Both the position numbers and the translations under genes were made by a program. Under the pieces are notes generated by a model, which saw only the letters and a program-made list of their open reading frames with translations, was not told where the DNA came from and searched no databases. From Myxococcota bacterium (GTDB lineage Bacteria > Myxococcota_A > UBA9160 > SZUA-336), in NCBI GenBank assembly GCA_965247115.1, contig CBDFGR010000002.1, forward strand, positions 1,152,001-1,216,000: a stretch of DNA of 64,000 bases. The letters run 5' to 3'. Positions 1-9,583 of this stretch are shown here, one piece after another. The stretch's first letter is position 1. Each line of letters begins with the position of its first letter.

Positions 1-81
1 TCGGGTCACCTGATGCCTATGACCGACCCCGACCTCGTTGCGGAGCGGGTGCTGGCCTTCGCCGCCAGGACTCCGCTCTAG
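1..81 (+). CDS. C-terminal end of a probable alpha/beta hydrolase (runs off window start)
   Basis: Frame 1 reads SGHLMPMTDPDLVAERVLAFAARTPL*; GH-x-P...P..VA..V..F is the typical catalytic-His C-terminus of alpha/beta hydrolases. Confidence 0.55.
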   Translation, partial: SGHLMPMTDPDLVAERVLAFAARTPL

Positions 82-90
82 AACGACGGT

Positions 91-300
91 CTAGAACAGC
101 GTGTAGATGAAGGGCGCGGCGGCCGTCCCGCCAAGCAGCACGAGCGCGCCGAACAGCAGCAGGCACACGATGATCGGGGTGAGCCACCACTTCTTGCTGT
201 CCTTGAGGAAGTCCCAGAACTCCCTCATCAAGCTCGAACGGCTCTCCGCCGCAGCCTGATCCACGAAGTCCTTCGCGCCGTCTGTCTGCTTCTCGTCCAC
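91..300 (-). CDS. DUF5989 / SxtK-like small membrane protein
   Basis: EFWDFLK..KKWWLTPII...AAPFIYTLF signature; downstream of SxtJ-like and carbamoyltransferase genes. Confidence 0.85.
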   Translation of the reverse strand: MDEKQTDGAKDFVDQAAAESRSSLMREFWDFLKDSKKWWLTPIIVCLLLFGALVLLGGTAAAPFIYTLF

Positions 301-309
301 TCGCCTGCC

Positions 310-756
310 TCAGAACTGCTTGAAGTAGCTCTCCTTGGAGCGCGGCGGTCGCGCATCGACCCAGTAGCTCGACTCGCCCCTCAGGAAGCGCCGGTCCATC
401 GGATCGCGACCGGTCAGGCGCAGGAGCAGCCCGACGGGCGTGATCACCAGGTAGAAGAGGCCGCCCAGTATCACATACGACAGCACGAAACCGATCGGGA
501 GCGCGATCAGCGTGAGCGCAACGTAGAGCGGCCGGTTCGCCGCCGGCGCCAGCACCGCGAGCAGCGCCGACAGCAGGCCGATCCCACCGAGCGTCGCCGC
601 GACCCAGGTGCGGGCCTCCCCCAGACCGAGCGCGAAGATCGCGGTCTCGAGCCAGGCGAGCAGCGCCAGCAGCCCGAAGCCCACCAGGGCGATGAACCCG
701 AACTGGCGCAGCGTGCGCCGATCTGGACGGAGGTCAATGTCGATCAGCTTGCTCAT
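310..756 (-). CDS. SxtJ family membrane protein
   Basis: LRQFG N-terminus, TM helices, FYLVITPVGLLLRLTGRDPM...SYW...KQF C-terminus. Confidence 0.85.
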   Translation of the reverse strand: MSKLIDIDLRPDRRTLRQFGFIALVGFGLLALLAWLETAIFALGLGEARTWVAATLGGIGLLSALLAVLAPAANRPLYVALTLIALPIGFVLSYVILGGLFYLVITPVGLLLRLTGRDPMDRRFLRGESSYWVDARPPRSKESYFKQF

Positions 757-759
757 GGA

Positions 760-2589
760 CTAGTCGAGCTCGAACTCGGCCAGGTAGGCCTGCCGGTCGA
801 TCTCGCCCGCCTCTGGCTGGTCGGCCTTCCGGAGCAGCACGTTCTCGATCACGAGCGCGTCCATGTCGGTGGCCATGAAGCAGCGATACGCGTCCTCGGG
901 CGTGCAGACGATCGGCTCGCCCCGGACATTGAAGCTGGTGTTGATGACGATGGGGGTCCCGGTCTTCTGCTTGAAGGCGCGCAGGATCCGCGTGAAGCGG
1001 GGGAAGCGCTCCGGATCAACAGTCTGCACGCGCGCGGAGTAGTCCACGTGCGTGATGGCGGGCACGACGGATCGCACCTTGTGCACACGGTCGAGTCCGC
1101 CCGTCGGAGCTCCGTCTGACGGCTCCCTCTTGTCCTCGCGCACCGGCGCCACGATGAGCATGTAGGGGCTGTCTTCCTCCGGCCGCACCTCGAAGTAGCG
1201 GTCCACGTCCTCGCGCAGCACTGCGGGCGCGAACGGGCGGAACGACTCGCGGAACTTGATCTTGAGGTTCATCACGGACTGCATCTCGGGCGAGCGCGCA
1301 TCTCCGAGGATCGAGCGACTCCCGAGCGCGCGGGGCCCAAACTCCATCCGGCCCTCCATGTGGCCCACGACGTGCCCGCTCGCAATCAGCTCCGCGATCT
1401 CGTCTACGAGCTTGTCCTCGTCGTCCATGACCCGGTACACGGCCCCGGCGGCGTCGAGCAAGGCCCGTACCTCGTCCGAGCTGTAGCGCGGGCCGAGCAG
1501 CGAGCCCTGCTGTATGTCTCGACCTCGGTTGTCCCGCGCGTGCTCGAGCAGTTGGTGCCAGACGAACAGGGCCGCGCCGAGCGCACCGCCCGCGTCGCCC
1601 GCGGCGGGCTGGATCCAGACCCGCTCGAACGCAGACTCGCGCAGGATGCGGCCGTTTCCCACACAGTTGAGTGCCACCCCGCCCGCCAGCGCGAGGTTGG
1701 GGGAGCCCGTGAGCTCATGAGCGTAGTGAGCGACGCGCAGCATGATCTCTTCGGTCACGGCCTGGATCGAGGCGGCGAGGTCCATTTCGCGCTGCGTGAT
1801 CGGCGACTCGGGCGCGCGGGGCGGTCCGTCGAGGAGGCGCTCCAGCTTCCGCGACGTCATCACGTCCCGGTGCGTGTACGCGAAGTAGGACATGTCCATC
1901 CGGAACGAGCCGTCCGGCTTCAGGTCCAGGAGCTTCTCCAGGATGAGATCGCGGTAGATCGGCTCGCCGTACGGAGCCAACCCCATCAGCTTGTACTCGC
2001 CGCTGTTCACCTTGAAGCCGGTGAAGTACGTGAAGGCGGAGTACAGCAAGCCCAGCGAATGAGGAAAGCGCAGCTCCTTCCGCATGCGGAGCTCGTTGCC
2101 GCGTCCTACCGAGATGCTGCCGGTCGTCCACTCTCCCACGCCGTCGAGCGTCACGACGGCTGCCTCGTCGAAGGGAGACGGGAAGAAGGCGCTGGCCGCG
2201 TGGGACTCATGGTGCTCCAGGAAGACGTAGCGGCGCGAGTAGCGGCCCCCGAGCTCGCGGTCGAGCTCGCGCGGCGTGTACAGCTTCTGCTTGAGCCAGA
2301 GCGGGAGCCCCAGCAGGAACAGCTTCAGGCCGACGGGCGCGAAGGACGCGTAGGTCTCCAGGATGCGGTCGAATTTGAGCAGCGGCTTGTCGTAGAACGC
2401 GACGAAGTCGAGCCCTTCGGGGCTGAGCCCGCCCTCGGCCAGGCAGTAGTCGACGGCATGGCGCGGGAACCCCGGGTCGTGCTTCCGGCGAGTGAAGCGC
2501 TCCTCCTGAGCCGCGGCGACGATCTCCCCGTCGACCACCAGACAGGCAGCGCTGTCGTGGTAGTACGCAGAGATACCCAGGATATTCAC
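760..2589 (-). CDS. O-carbamoyltransferase (NodU/CmcH/SxtI family)
   Basis: ILGISAYYHDSAA, EERFTRRKH, HHESHAASAF, GEYKLMGLAPYG, AGGVALNC, EFGPRALG, KFRESFRPFAP, NTSFN motifs; GTG start. Confidence 0.95.
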   Translation of the reverse strand: MNILGISAYYHDSAACLVVDGEIVAAAQEERFTRRKHDPGFPRHAVDYCLAEGGLSPEGLDFVAFYDKPLLKFDRILETYASFAPVGLKLFLLGLPLWLKQKLYTPRELDRELGGRYSRRYVFLEHHESHAASAFFPSPFDEAAVVTLDGVGEWTTGSISVGRGNELRMRKELRFPHSLGLLYSAFTYFTGFKVNSGEYKLMGLAPYGEPIYRDLILEKLLDLKPDGSFRMDMSYFAYTHRDVMTSRKLERLLDGPPRAPESPITQREMDLAASIQAVTEEIMLRVAHYAHELTGSPNLALAGGVALNCVGNGRILRESAFERVWIQPAAGDAGGALGAALFVWHQLLEHARDNRGRDIQQGSLLGPRYSSDEVRALLDAAGAVYRVMDDEDKLVDEIAELIASGHVVGHMEGRMEFGPRALGSRSILGDARSPEMQSVMNLKIKFRESFRPFAPAVLREDVDRYFEVRPEEDSPYMLIVAPVREDKREPSDGAPTGGLDRVHKVRSVVPAITHVDYSARVQTVDPERFPRFTRILRAFKQKTGTPIVINTSFNVRGEPIVCTPEDAYRCFMATDMDALVIENVLLRKADQPEAGEIDRQAYLAEFELD

Positions 2590-2631
2590 CCATGGACTGT
2601 AGCACGGCGCAGAAGTAGGCTCTGCGCGCCC

Positions 2632-4149
2632 ATGCTCGCTCGACGGTTGCCGGTGCCCCAGTGGCTGCTCTTGCTCTCTCTCGGCCTGGTGGCTCTAGCG
2701 TTGCGCACGGTCCACTGGTGGCGGACGCCGGCCATGTTCAACGACGGGCCGGTCTTCATCGAGCTCGGGCGTGCGATGGCGGCGGGGGACTGGACGACCG
2801 CGCTCGGGTACGACCAGCACCCGGGCTACTCGTTTCTCACCATGCTGGTGCAGGGCGTGAGCGGCGACTGGGTCGCGGCGGCGGTGGTGGTGTCGATCGT
2901 CTCGGGCGTCGCTGCGGTCCTGTTCCTGTACGCCCTCCTGCACGACACCTTCGACCGGCGCGTTGCGTGGGTCGGCGGGTTGCTCCTTGCAGCGCACCCC
3001 TATGCGGTTGCGTACTCGGCCGACGTGCAGAGCGACGGCCTGTATCTGGCGGCCTTCGTCGGCGCTCTGGCACTGCTCTGGAAGGCTCTCGACAGGCGCA
3101 GCAGCAGGTTTGCTGTAGCGGCGGGTCTGGCCGCGGGCGCCGCGTACCTCGTCCGACCCGAAGGCGCGGGTGTCGTGCTGATCGGGCTCGGGCTCGTGGG
3201 CCTGGAGCTGGCGCGACGCCGCTGGCCCTTCCCGAGCGCCGCCCGCTGGGTGGTCGCGCTGGGACTCGGAGCGGCCCTCGCGATGGCGCCGTACGCGACG
3301 CTGCTCAGCGTGAGGAACGGGACCCTCACCTTCAGCCAGAAGAAGTCGATCGAGAGGCTCCTGGGGGTCGGAGATCTCCAGCGCTGGATGGGGCTGAGCG
3401 TCGTGCCCGCTCCCGATGGCCCCGATGCCTCTGCGCTCTCGGAGCTGACGCAGAACACACTCTCGTCCGCGCGCTACCAGATCGCTCTCCTGGCTCTGCT
3501 GGGCGTGATCGCGCTGCGGGGTCGGCCCGGACTGCGCGGGCGCTTCGTGCTCGTATCCCTTGGGCTGTACAGCCTGGTCCTCTACGCCCTGATCAGAGAG
3601 GCCGGCTACGTGAGCCGGCGCCACACGCTCCCGCTCGCCGTTCTCATGCTGGGCTACGCAGCCGTCGGGGTCCCGGTCCTCGGACACTGGATCCTCCGCG
3701 CGGGCCAAGCCGCGGCGCGGAGCCACCGTTCGATCGGGGCGGGGGCGGCGCTCGTTGCAGGCCTCGTCGTGGCGCTCGGGCTCGAGCTCGGCAAGGGGCT
3801 GCGTCCCCATCGCCTGAACGCGGTCTCGGAGCGCAGGGCGGCGGAGTGGCTGCGGGAGACCTCGACCTCCGGGGCTGCGGTGGCCGCCGGCAAGCACAGG
3901 ATCGCGTTCTACGCCGAGGCGCCGTTCGTGAACCTCGCGCACCTCCCAGCGGACACGACTTTGCTTCCGCGTCTCCGCCGCAGTGGGGTGCGCTACCTGG
4001 TGCTGGACGAGGACGGGCACCAGGTCCTGCTCGCGAGCACGACGGATCCCGAGACGGCGGTGCGTCTGCTCCACCAGGAGGAGGCACACGGCCACGCCGC
4101 GTTCGTGTACGAGCTGCTCCCGCCGGCCTCGACTCAGATCTTGGAGTAG
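2632..4149 (+). CDS. Multi-pass membrane glycosyltransferase (GT-C; PMT/ArnT-like, GT39 family)
   Basis: Real CDS is the 3' part of ORF 1360..4149 from ATG 2632; ND-G..F loop, HPGY, many TM helices, YLVRPEG motif, C-terminal periplasmic domain. Confidence 0.7.
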   Translation: MLARRLPVPQWLLLLSLGLVALALRTVHWWRTPAMFNDGPVFIELGRAMAAGDWTTALGYDQHPGYSFLTMLVQGVSGDWVAAAVVVSIVSGVAAVLFLYALLHDTFDRRVAWVGGLLLAAHPYAVAYSADVQSDGLYLAAFVGALALLWKALDRRSSRFAVAAGLAAGAAYLVRPEGAGVVLIGLGLVGLELARRRWPFPSAARWVVALGLGAALAMAPYATLLSVRNGTLTFSQKKSIERLLGVGDLQRWMGLSVVPAPDGPDASALSELTQNTLSSARYQIALLALLGVIALRGRPGLRGRFVLVSLGLYSLVLYALIREAGYVSRRHTLPLAVLMLGYAAVGVPVLGHWILRAGQAAARSHRSIGAGAALVAGLVVALGLELGKGLRPHRLNAVSERRAAEWLRETSTSGAAVAAGKHRIAFYAEAPFVNLAHLPADTTLLPRLRRSGVRYLVLDEDGHQVLLASTTDPETAVRLLHQEEAHGHAAFVYELLPPASTQILE

Positions 4150-4979
4150 CCCGAGCCGTCCATGTCGACTCCGATGCCCGAGGCCTTCTCGATCCAGGCG
4201 AACTCGTGCAGGATCTCCTGCGAGTACGTGACCCGGCCTGTGACCTTCTCGAGCGGCTCGGTCGCGAGCAGCAGAGCAGAGCGCGCCATCAGCTCCACGG
4301 GCTCTGCGCGCGGGTCGTCCTCGCGCTCGAGCAACCGGTGGTGGAGCACGCCGGGCGTTGCCACGATCTGGGAGGGACTCACGCACGTGACCGAGATGCC
4401 GTCGGGGTAGACCTCCTCGGCCAGTCCTTGCGTGAAGCGCTCGAGCGCGGCCTTCTCCGCACCGTACAGCGTCCCGCCTCGCATGGGCGGCCCATCGTAG
4501 GGCCCCCGACCCGGACCGATCGCAGCACCGCTCGAGATGTTCACGATGGCGCCGCTCTTGGCCGGAATCATGTCCTCCAGCACCAGGCGGCTCAGCAGGA
4601 AGGGCGCGTGGAAGTTCACCGCGACAGAACGCAGCCACTTGTTCTCCGGGAACTGCGCCACCGGGATGAAGTACGTGAGCGCCGCATTGTTCACGAGCAC
4701 CTGTGCGGGTCCGTAGGCCTGGCGCGTCTCCTCGACGACGCGCCGACACTCGTCGAACTGCGAAATGTCGGCCGCAATGGGGGTCGCCTCACCACCGGCA
4801 GCGTGGATCTCCTTTAGCGTCGTCGCGAGAGACCCCCCGAGCGGATGGCTTCCCTCCTCGAGCGTCCTGGCCACACAGACCACGCGGGCTCCCTCCGCCG
4901 CAAAGAGGAGGGCCACCTCTTTCCCGATTCCTCGGCTCGTCCCCGTAACGAGTGCGACCTTTCCGTCGAGCTTTCCCAT
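4134..4979 (-). CDS. Short-chain dehydrogenase/reductase
   Basis: TGTSRGIG, NNAA, YGAEK (YxxxK); GGAGG RBS. Confidence 0.9.
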   Translation of the reverse strand: MGKLDGKVALVTGTSRGIGKEVALLFAAEGARVVCVARTLEEGSHPLGGSLATTLKEIHAAGGEATPIAADISQFDECRRVVEETRQAYGPAQVLVNNAALTYFIPVAQFPENKWLRSVAVNFHAPFLLSRLVLEDMIPAKSGAIVNISSGAAIGPGRGPYDGPPMRGGTLYGAEKAALERFTQGLAEEVYPDGISVTCVSPSQIVATPGVLHHRLLEREDDPRAEPVELMARSALLLATEPLEKVTGRVTYSQEILHEFAWIEKASGIGVDMDGSGYSKI

Positions 4980-5000
4980 GGCGCACCTCCTGCGTCGATT

Positions 5001-5561
5001 CTACCGTGAGCGCGCTACGACTTGTGCCACCGCGTGATCGGCGATCCAACCCTCGCGGTAGTAGACGACCTCCAGCGGGGCGACCAGCTCGAGCAGCTCG
5101 TTGGCCTCGACCAGAAAACGCTCGCCCGGCTTGCGATGGCGCTCCAGATTGCGGCGCGTCGGGAGCTCCGCGACCAGGCAACCGCCCGGCCCCAGTCGCC
5201 TCCGCAGCAGAGGGAACAGGTCGCGCTGCAGATAGGAGAAGCAGCTGATGAGCGAGAAGGGACCCCGGGGAAGCGCCTCGGACTCCAGGTCGAGCACGCT
5301 CGCCGAGAGCTCCAGACCCTCGGCCAGGGCGTTGGACCTGCACAGGCGGATCGCCTCGCCGGACACGTCCACGGCCAGCGTCTCCAGTCCCCGGCGAGCG
5401 AGCCAGAGCGCCAGCCGGCCCGAGCCCGCCGCAACGTCCAGGGCACGTCCCGAGCGCGGGAGCTCTTCATCGACGGCCGCGAGCCAGTCGGGCACCGGAG
5501 TGGCCGCGTGAGAGCCAGCACGATAGCGGCGGTCCCAGCGCTCGCGGTCCGCCTCGGCCAT
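5001..5561 (-). CDS. Class I SAM-dependent methyltransferase (TehB-like)
   Basis: WDRRY N-terminus, ALDVAAGSGR motif I, AVDVS motif II. Confidence 0.85.
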   Translation of the reverse strand: MAEADRERWDRRYRAGSHAATPVPDWLAAVDEELPRSGRALDVAAGSGRLALWLARRGLETLAVDVSGEAIRLCRSNALAEGLELSASVLDLESEALPRGPFSLISCFSYLQRDLFPLLRRRLGPGGCLVAELPTRRNLERHRKPGERFLVEANELLELVAPLEVVYYREGWIADHAVAQVVARSR

Positions 5562-5564
5562 GGA

Positions 5565-6722
5565 CTAGTGGTGAAACAGACGCAAGTTGGTGTGGACCAT
5601 GGTGATCCCGTACTCCTCGCAGGCCGCCAGGATCTCGGCGTCACGCGTGGAGCCTCCGGGCTGTGCGATGCTCCGCACGCCGTGCTGCACAGCGTGGTCC
5701 ACGTTGTCACGGAAGGGGATGAACCCGTCCGAGACCAGCGAGACTCCGTCGAGTCCCTTGATCCAGCTGGCCTTCTCTTCTGCGCTGAGCAGCTCGAGCG
5801 GCTGTGCTAGCGCCTCGCCAAGCGCCTTCTCCTCGGCAGGCAGCAGGTCGCCCTCGATGTAGCGCACGCGCCAGTTGATCCGCTCCTGGCGCCTGACGCC
5901 CTTCTGGAACTCGAGCCCGAGCACCTTGGGGTGACGGCCGAGGTACCACACGTCCGCCTTCGCACCGGCCAGCTTCGTACAGTCGACCCGCGACTGCTGG
6001 CCCGCGCCGATCCCGATCATCTGACCACCGAGCGCAAAGCCCATCGAGTTCGACTGCGTGTATTTCAGGGTGATCAGCCCGAGGGTCAGGTCGCGGCGAG
6101 CCTCGTCGTCGAGCTTCCCACACACAACAGTGTCGAGATGGGAGGGCAATATCGGCTGGCTGTTGCGATCCTGGGCGAGCCGCATGCCGAAGAGCTCGCG
6201 GGACTCGCGCTGTGGAGGCCGATAGCCGGGATCAGCCTGCAAGACGATGAACGACCCCCCCTTCTTGGCGCGGAGCGTCCGGAGCGCCTCCGTGTCGTAA
6301 CCCGGCGCGACGATACCGTCGGAGACCACCCCCTTCAGGACGTCCGCGGTGGCCTGATCGACGGGATCGGAGAGGGCGACGATATCGCCAAACGAGCACT
6401 TGGGATCAGCGCCGCGGGCGCGCACATACGCTGTCGCGGCGGGGGTGAGCTCCTTGCCTTCGACCTCGTAGGCGCGAACAAGGTCGGGGGCCAGGTCTAC
6501 CGCGACTGCGGCCCCGGCGGGCGACACGTGCTTGAAGCTGGCCGCTGCGGGCAGCTCGAGCGCTACGCGCAGCTCGGAGACGAGCTGCCAGGCGTTCAGC
6601 GCGTCGAGCAGGTTGATCATCGACGGCGTTCCGTTCAAGAGGCTGACGGCGGCGCGCCCGCCCTCGAGGGGTTCCGCCACCGCATAGGCCTGGTGGGGAT
6701 TGCAACCGTACTTCAACTGCAT
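5565..6722 (-). CDS. purH: Stand-alone AICAR transformylase (PurH formyltransferase domain only, no IMP cyclohydrolase domain)
   Basis: Start MQLKYGCNPHQ; AASFKHVSPAGAA, KYTQSN, GAGQQSRVDC, SDGFIPFRDN, QPGGSTRD, RLFHH. Confidence 0.9.
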   Translation of the reverse strand: MQLKYGCNPHQAYAVAEPLEGGRAAVSLLNGTPSMINLLDALNAWQLVSELRVALELPAAASFKHVSPAGAAVAVDLAPDLVRAYEVEGKELTPAATAYVRARGADPKCSFGDIVALSDPVDQATADVLKGVVSDGIVAPGYDTEALRTLRAKKGGSFIVLQADPGYRPPQRESRELFGMRLAQDRNSQPILPSHLDTVVCGKLDDEARRDLTLGLITLKYTQSNSMGFALGGQMIGIGAGQQSRVDCTKLAGAKADVWYLGRHPKVLGLEFQKGVRRQERINWRVRYIEGDLLPAEEKALGEALAQPLELLSAEEKASWIKGLDGVSLVSDGFIPFRDNVDHAVQHGVRSIAQPGGSTRDAEILAACEEYGITMVHTNLRLFHH

Positions 6723-6811
6723 GCTTCGGAAGCTACCACACGGACTCCATGCCGCCTGCAGCGCTGTCGCTGCACCCATTCTCGCTGGACGGCGCCCACT
6801 GGACCCCCCTT

Positions 6812-6828
6812 CTGGCACCGCGATTGCA
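6812..6828 (+). promoter_or_regulatory. Sigma54 (-24/-12) promoter
   Basis: CTGGCACCGCGATTGCA matches YTGGCAC-N5-TTGCW with exact GG-N10-GC spacing, in an intergenic region 15 nt before ATG 6844. Confidence 0.7.
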
Positions 6829-6843
6829 CACGCAGGAGTCACC

Positions 6844-6966
6844 ATGGCCGGCACCACGACCGAGACAGACCGAGTTCGCAAGCAGCTGGTGGCGAGCGCG
6901 CTGGCGGGAGTCTTCTGGGCGCTCGTCGTTCTGCTCGTCACCCTCTCGAGCAGGCTCCTCATGTAA
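6844..6966 (+). CDS. Small 40-aa single-TM protein
   Basis: MAGTTTETDRVRKQLVASALAGVFWALVVLLVTLSSRLLM; AGGAG 5 nt before ATG; sigma54 promoter upstream. Confidence 0.6.
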   Translation: MAGTTTETDRVRKQLVASALAGVFWALVVLLVTLSSRLLM

Positions 6967-6998
6967 GATCCGTCTCAGACGGACACGGAGGAGAAGGC

Positions 6999-7736
6999 GT
7001 GGACCTAGGTATTGCAGGCAAGACAGCCGCCGTGGCTGCGGCTTCGACAGGGCTCGGCTTCGGCGTGGCTGCCGCGCTCGCGGCCGAGGGTGTACGGGTC
7101 GCGATCTGCAGTCGGGACTCATCTCGCATCAAGGACGCCGCCAAGCGCCTCGGAGAGCCAGCGGTCGGCCTCGTGGCCGACCTGTCGAGCCCCGAGGGGG
7201 CCTCAGGCTTCGTGCGCGAAGCGCGCGAGGCCCTGGGCCCGCTCGACATCCTGATTCCGAACGCCGGAGGGCCGCCCCGGGGGACCTTCGCCTCTACCAG
7301 CCAGAAGGCCTATCAAGAAGCCCTCGACCTGAACCTGCACTCGACCATCGCCATGTGCCGGGAGGCCGTTCCGGAGATGCAGAGGCGTGGCTGGGGCCGG
7401 GTCGTGGCCATCACCTCGATGGGCGCGCGGGAGCCTATCCCCGTCCTTGCCGCCTCGTCGACAGCACGGGCGGCGGTGACCGCGTTCCTGAAGGTGCTCG
7501 CCGGCGAGGTCGCGGTCGACGGCGTCACCGTGACGTCTATCCAGCCTGGTGCACACGCCACCCAGCGCATGGCGGGTCGAGACCTGAACGAGGTCGCAAA
7601 GGGCATTCCCGTGGGCTTCGTGGGCACGGCAGAGGACTTCGGCCAGGCTGTGGCCTTCCTGTGCTCCCAGCAGGCGCGCTTCATCACCGGCACGGGCCTC
7701 CTCATCGACGGAGGGGTTGGTAGGGGCCTCCTCTAA
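6999..7736 (+). CDS. Short-chain dehydrogenase/reductase (FabG-like, atypical)
   Basis: GTG start after GGAGGAG; MDLGIAGK..AASTGLG, NAGGPP, FITG..LIDGG. Confidence 0.9.
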   Translation: MDLGIAGKTAAVAAASTGLGFGVAAALAAEGVRVAICSRDSSRIKDAAKRLGEPAVGLVADLSSPEGASGFVREAREALGPLDILIPNAGGPPRGTFASTSQKAYQEALDLNLHSTIAMCREAVPEMQRRGWGRVVAITSMGAREPIPVLAASSTARAAVTAFLKVLAGEVAVDGVTVTSIQPGAHATQRMAGRDLNEVAKGIPVGFVGTAEDFGQAVAFLCSQQARFITGTGLLIDGGVGRGLL

Positions 7737-7747
7737 GGGTCTCGACT

Positions 7748-8959
7748 TCAGGGGAGAGGCGGCTCGGGGTAGACCTCCACATCGCTTTCGCGACGGGAGG
7801 CTGTCGCGGCCTGCGATGCTAGCTCGGTCTCTGCGGCCCGATGGCGCAGCTCGACGAGCATGCGGGCAGCGCGCCTCCGGTCATCGAGCGACTCGACCTC
7901 CGGCTTCTCGTAGAACACGCGGCGCTCGACCCGAACGCGGTCCCCGTCGGGATCGAGCGCGGACACCTCGAGCCGATTCCAGCCAGGCACGAGCGGGACG
8001 AAGCCGTCGAAGCTGCCGTCGGTAAAGACGCGGACGGCCCGCGCGACCTGCTCCGTCGTGAGGTTGCGAATCCGCAGCCCCGCCGGCTTCACGAACTCGA
8101 CCTTTGCGAGCTCCTCCAGTACTCGCGCAGGGTGCTCCACCTCGACAAAACGCCCACCCGTTACCTCTGCGATCTCCTTCAGCACACCGGGGTCCTCGCG
8201 CGCGTTTTCGCCGAAAGCCAGGGTGTACACCTGTACTCCCTCCTCCGTGAGTTCTCGCGCTGCGCGCATGGCGTTCCTTTCGGCGGTGTACTCGCTGCGC
8301 GGAGCGGTCGGCTTGCCGTCCGAAAAGAGCAGCACGATGCGCGGCCGGCTGGGACCCCGCTTGCGGGGAGCATCAAGCAGCATGTCTCGCGCGAGCCATA
8401 GGGCACGGGAGATGTCCGTCCCCGTCCAGTCGACCGTGATGCGGATACGCTCCAGCGCAACGATCGCCTGCTCTGGCGAGCCCACCTTCCCGCGAGCGCG
8501 AGGCTTGCCCGTATAGGTGAGAACGCCCAGCCGCGCGCGCCGCGCCCCGAGACGATCCACGAGCGTTCGGGCCGCGACCAGCTCCGACTGGATGATCGTG
8601 TCGCCAGAGTCGGTCGTCCAGGCGCGATGCGACCGTGGCCAACCGTAGAGAGGCCGCCGGTTCCGGCCGACCTTGCCGTCGCCGTCGATGTCGACGCCCA
8701 TGGCCATCAAGCTCGTGTTCGACAGGTCGAGAGCGAGCACCACGTCGGCGCTCACGAGCTCATGGATCGCGGCGGCCGAGCCGGATTCGTCCGGCTCCCC
8801 GATCAGTGTTCGACCCCGCACCTCTACGAGCGGCGCGGACAGACGTACCTGCTGGTCCTCGGTGGGGCGCTCCAGCGTGAGCGAGAGCGTCTCTTCGGCG
8901 GGCGCCCAGGCCGCCAGCCCGAGCACAGCCACGCCGACACCGATTGCGAGACAGCGCAC
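7748..8959 (-). CDS. Secreted von Willebrand factor A (VWA) domain protein
   Basis: Signal peptide; MIDAS DLSNTS, GTDI..AL, LFSDGKPT, VYTLAFG, IAEVTGGRF; DIDGDG loop; C-terminal Ig-like segment. Confidence 0.8.
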   Translation of the reverse strand: MRCLAIGVGVAVLGLAAWAPAEETLSLTLERPTEDQQVRLSAPLVEVRGRTLIGEPDESGSAAAIHELVSADVVLALDLSNTSLMAMGVDIDGDGKVGRNRRPLYGWPRSHRAWTTDSGDTIIQSELVAARTLVDRLGARRARLGVLTYTGKPRARGKVGSPEQAIVALERIRITVDWTGTDISRALWLARDMLLDAPRKRGPSRPRIVLLFSDGKPTAPRSEYTAERNAMRAARELTEEGVQVYTLAFGENAREDPGVLKEIAEVTGGRFVEVEHPARVLEELAKVEFVKPAGLRIRNLTTEQVARAVRVFTDGSFDGFVPLVPGWNRLEVSALDPDGDRVRVERRVFYEKPEVESLDDRRRAARMLVELRHRAAETELASQAATASRRESDVEVYPEPPLP

Positions 8960-9027
8960 GCCGCCATTCTATCCGTTGGGCGGACTCAGAAGCGGAGAAG
9001 CTTGCTCGCGCTTGTTATCCTCGGCTC

Positions 9028-9579
9028 GTGGCTATCTCGCTCCGCTTCCACGCCGTCGCCGCCGCTCTGCTCGCGCTCTCTGCGTTTGGCACGCTGACTG
9101 CGTGCGGCACGATGACTGCTGGAAAATGCGTCCAGGGTGACTGCACCAGTGGCGAGGGGACGTTTCGCTGGCCGAGCGGCGAGGTCCACAGAGGGCTGTG
9201 GGAGGAGGCGCTGCCGAACGGTCTGGGCGAGCACGAGTGGCCCGATGGTCGCAACTTCAACGGGGGCTTCGCGGACGGCGGGATCCACGGACGCGGGGTC
9301 ATGCGCTTTCCGGATGGCGGTAGCTATGACGGCGACTGGCATAGGGGTCTGATGCACGGTTGGGGCATCAGGATCTGGGAGAACGCCGAGAAGTACGCCG
9401 GCGACTGGTTCGAGGGTCGCAGGTCGGGCTGGGGGGTCATGACCTGGCCCAACGGGCGGAGCTTCGAAGGCGAGTTCAAAGAAGACGTGGCCAGTGGTCG
9501 CGGAACGCTCACCGACGCCGACGGTACGGTCGTTAGCGGTCGGTGGAAGGACGGCCAGCTCGAGAGTATGAGCCCCTGA
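9028..9579 (+). CDS. MORN-repeat lipoprotein
   Basis: Lipobox LTAC; CVQGDC; repeated GxGxxxWPDGxxYxGxW/F units. Confidence 0.85.
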   Translation: MAISLRFHAVAAALLALSAFGTLTACGTMTAGKCVQGDCTSGEGTFRWPSGEVHRGLWEEALPNGLGEHEWPDGRNFNGGFADGGIHGRGVMRFPDGGSYDGDWHRGLMHGWGIRIWENAEKYAGDWFEGRRSGWGVMTWPNGRSFEGEFKEDVASGRGTLTDADGTVVSGRWKDGQLESMSP

Positions 9580-9583
9580 CTGC

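Noticed and set aside
91..2589. Saxitoxin biosynthesis
   Set aside because: Only SxtI/J/K-like genes are present; no sxtA, sxtG or other core genes.
1360..2631. 929-aa ORF 1360..4149 as a single protein, and similar long extensions (5931, 18469, 22902, 23297, 44520)
   Set aside because: The 5' parts are antisense or off-frame shadows of real genes, typical of high-GC DNA; real starts were assigned by motif, RBS or -10 position.
6723..6840. ZMP/ZTP riboswitch upstream of purH
   Set aside because: No recognisable motif; a -10-like TAGCTT 7 nt before ATG implies a leaderless transcript.
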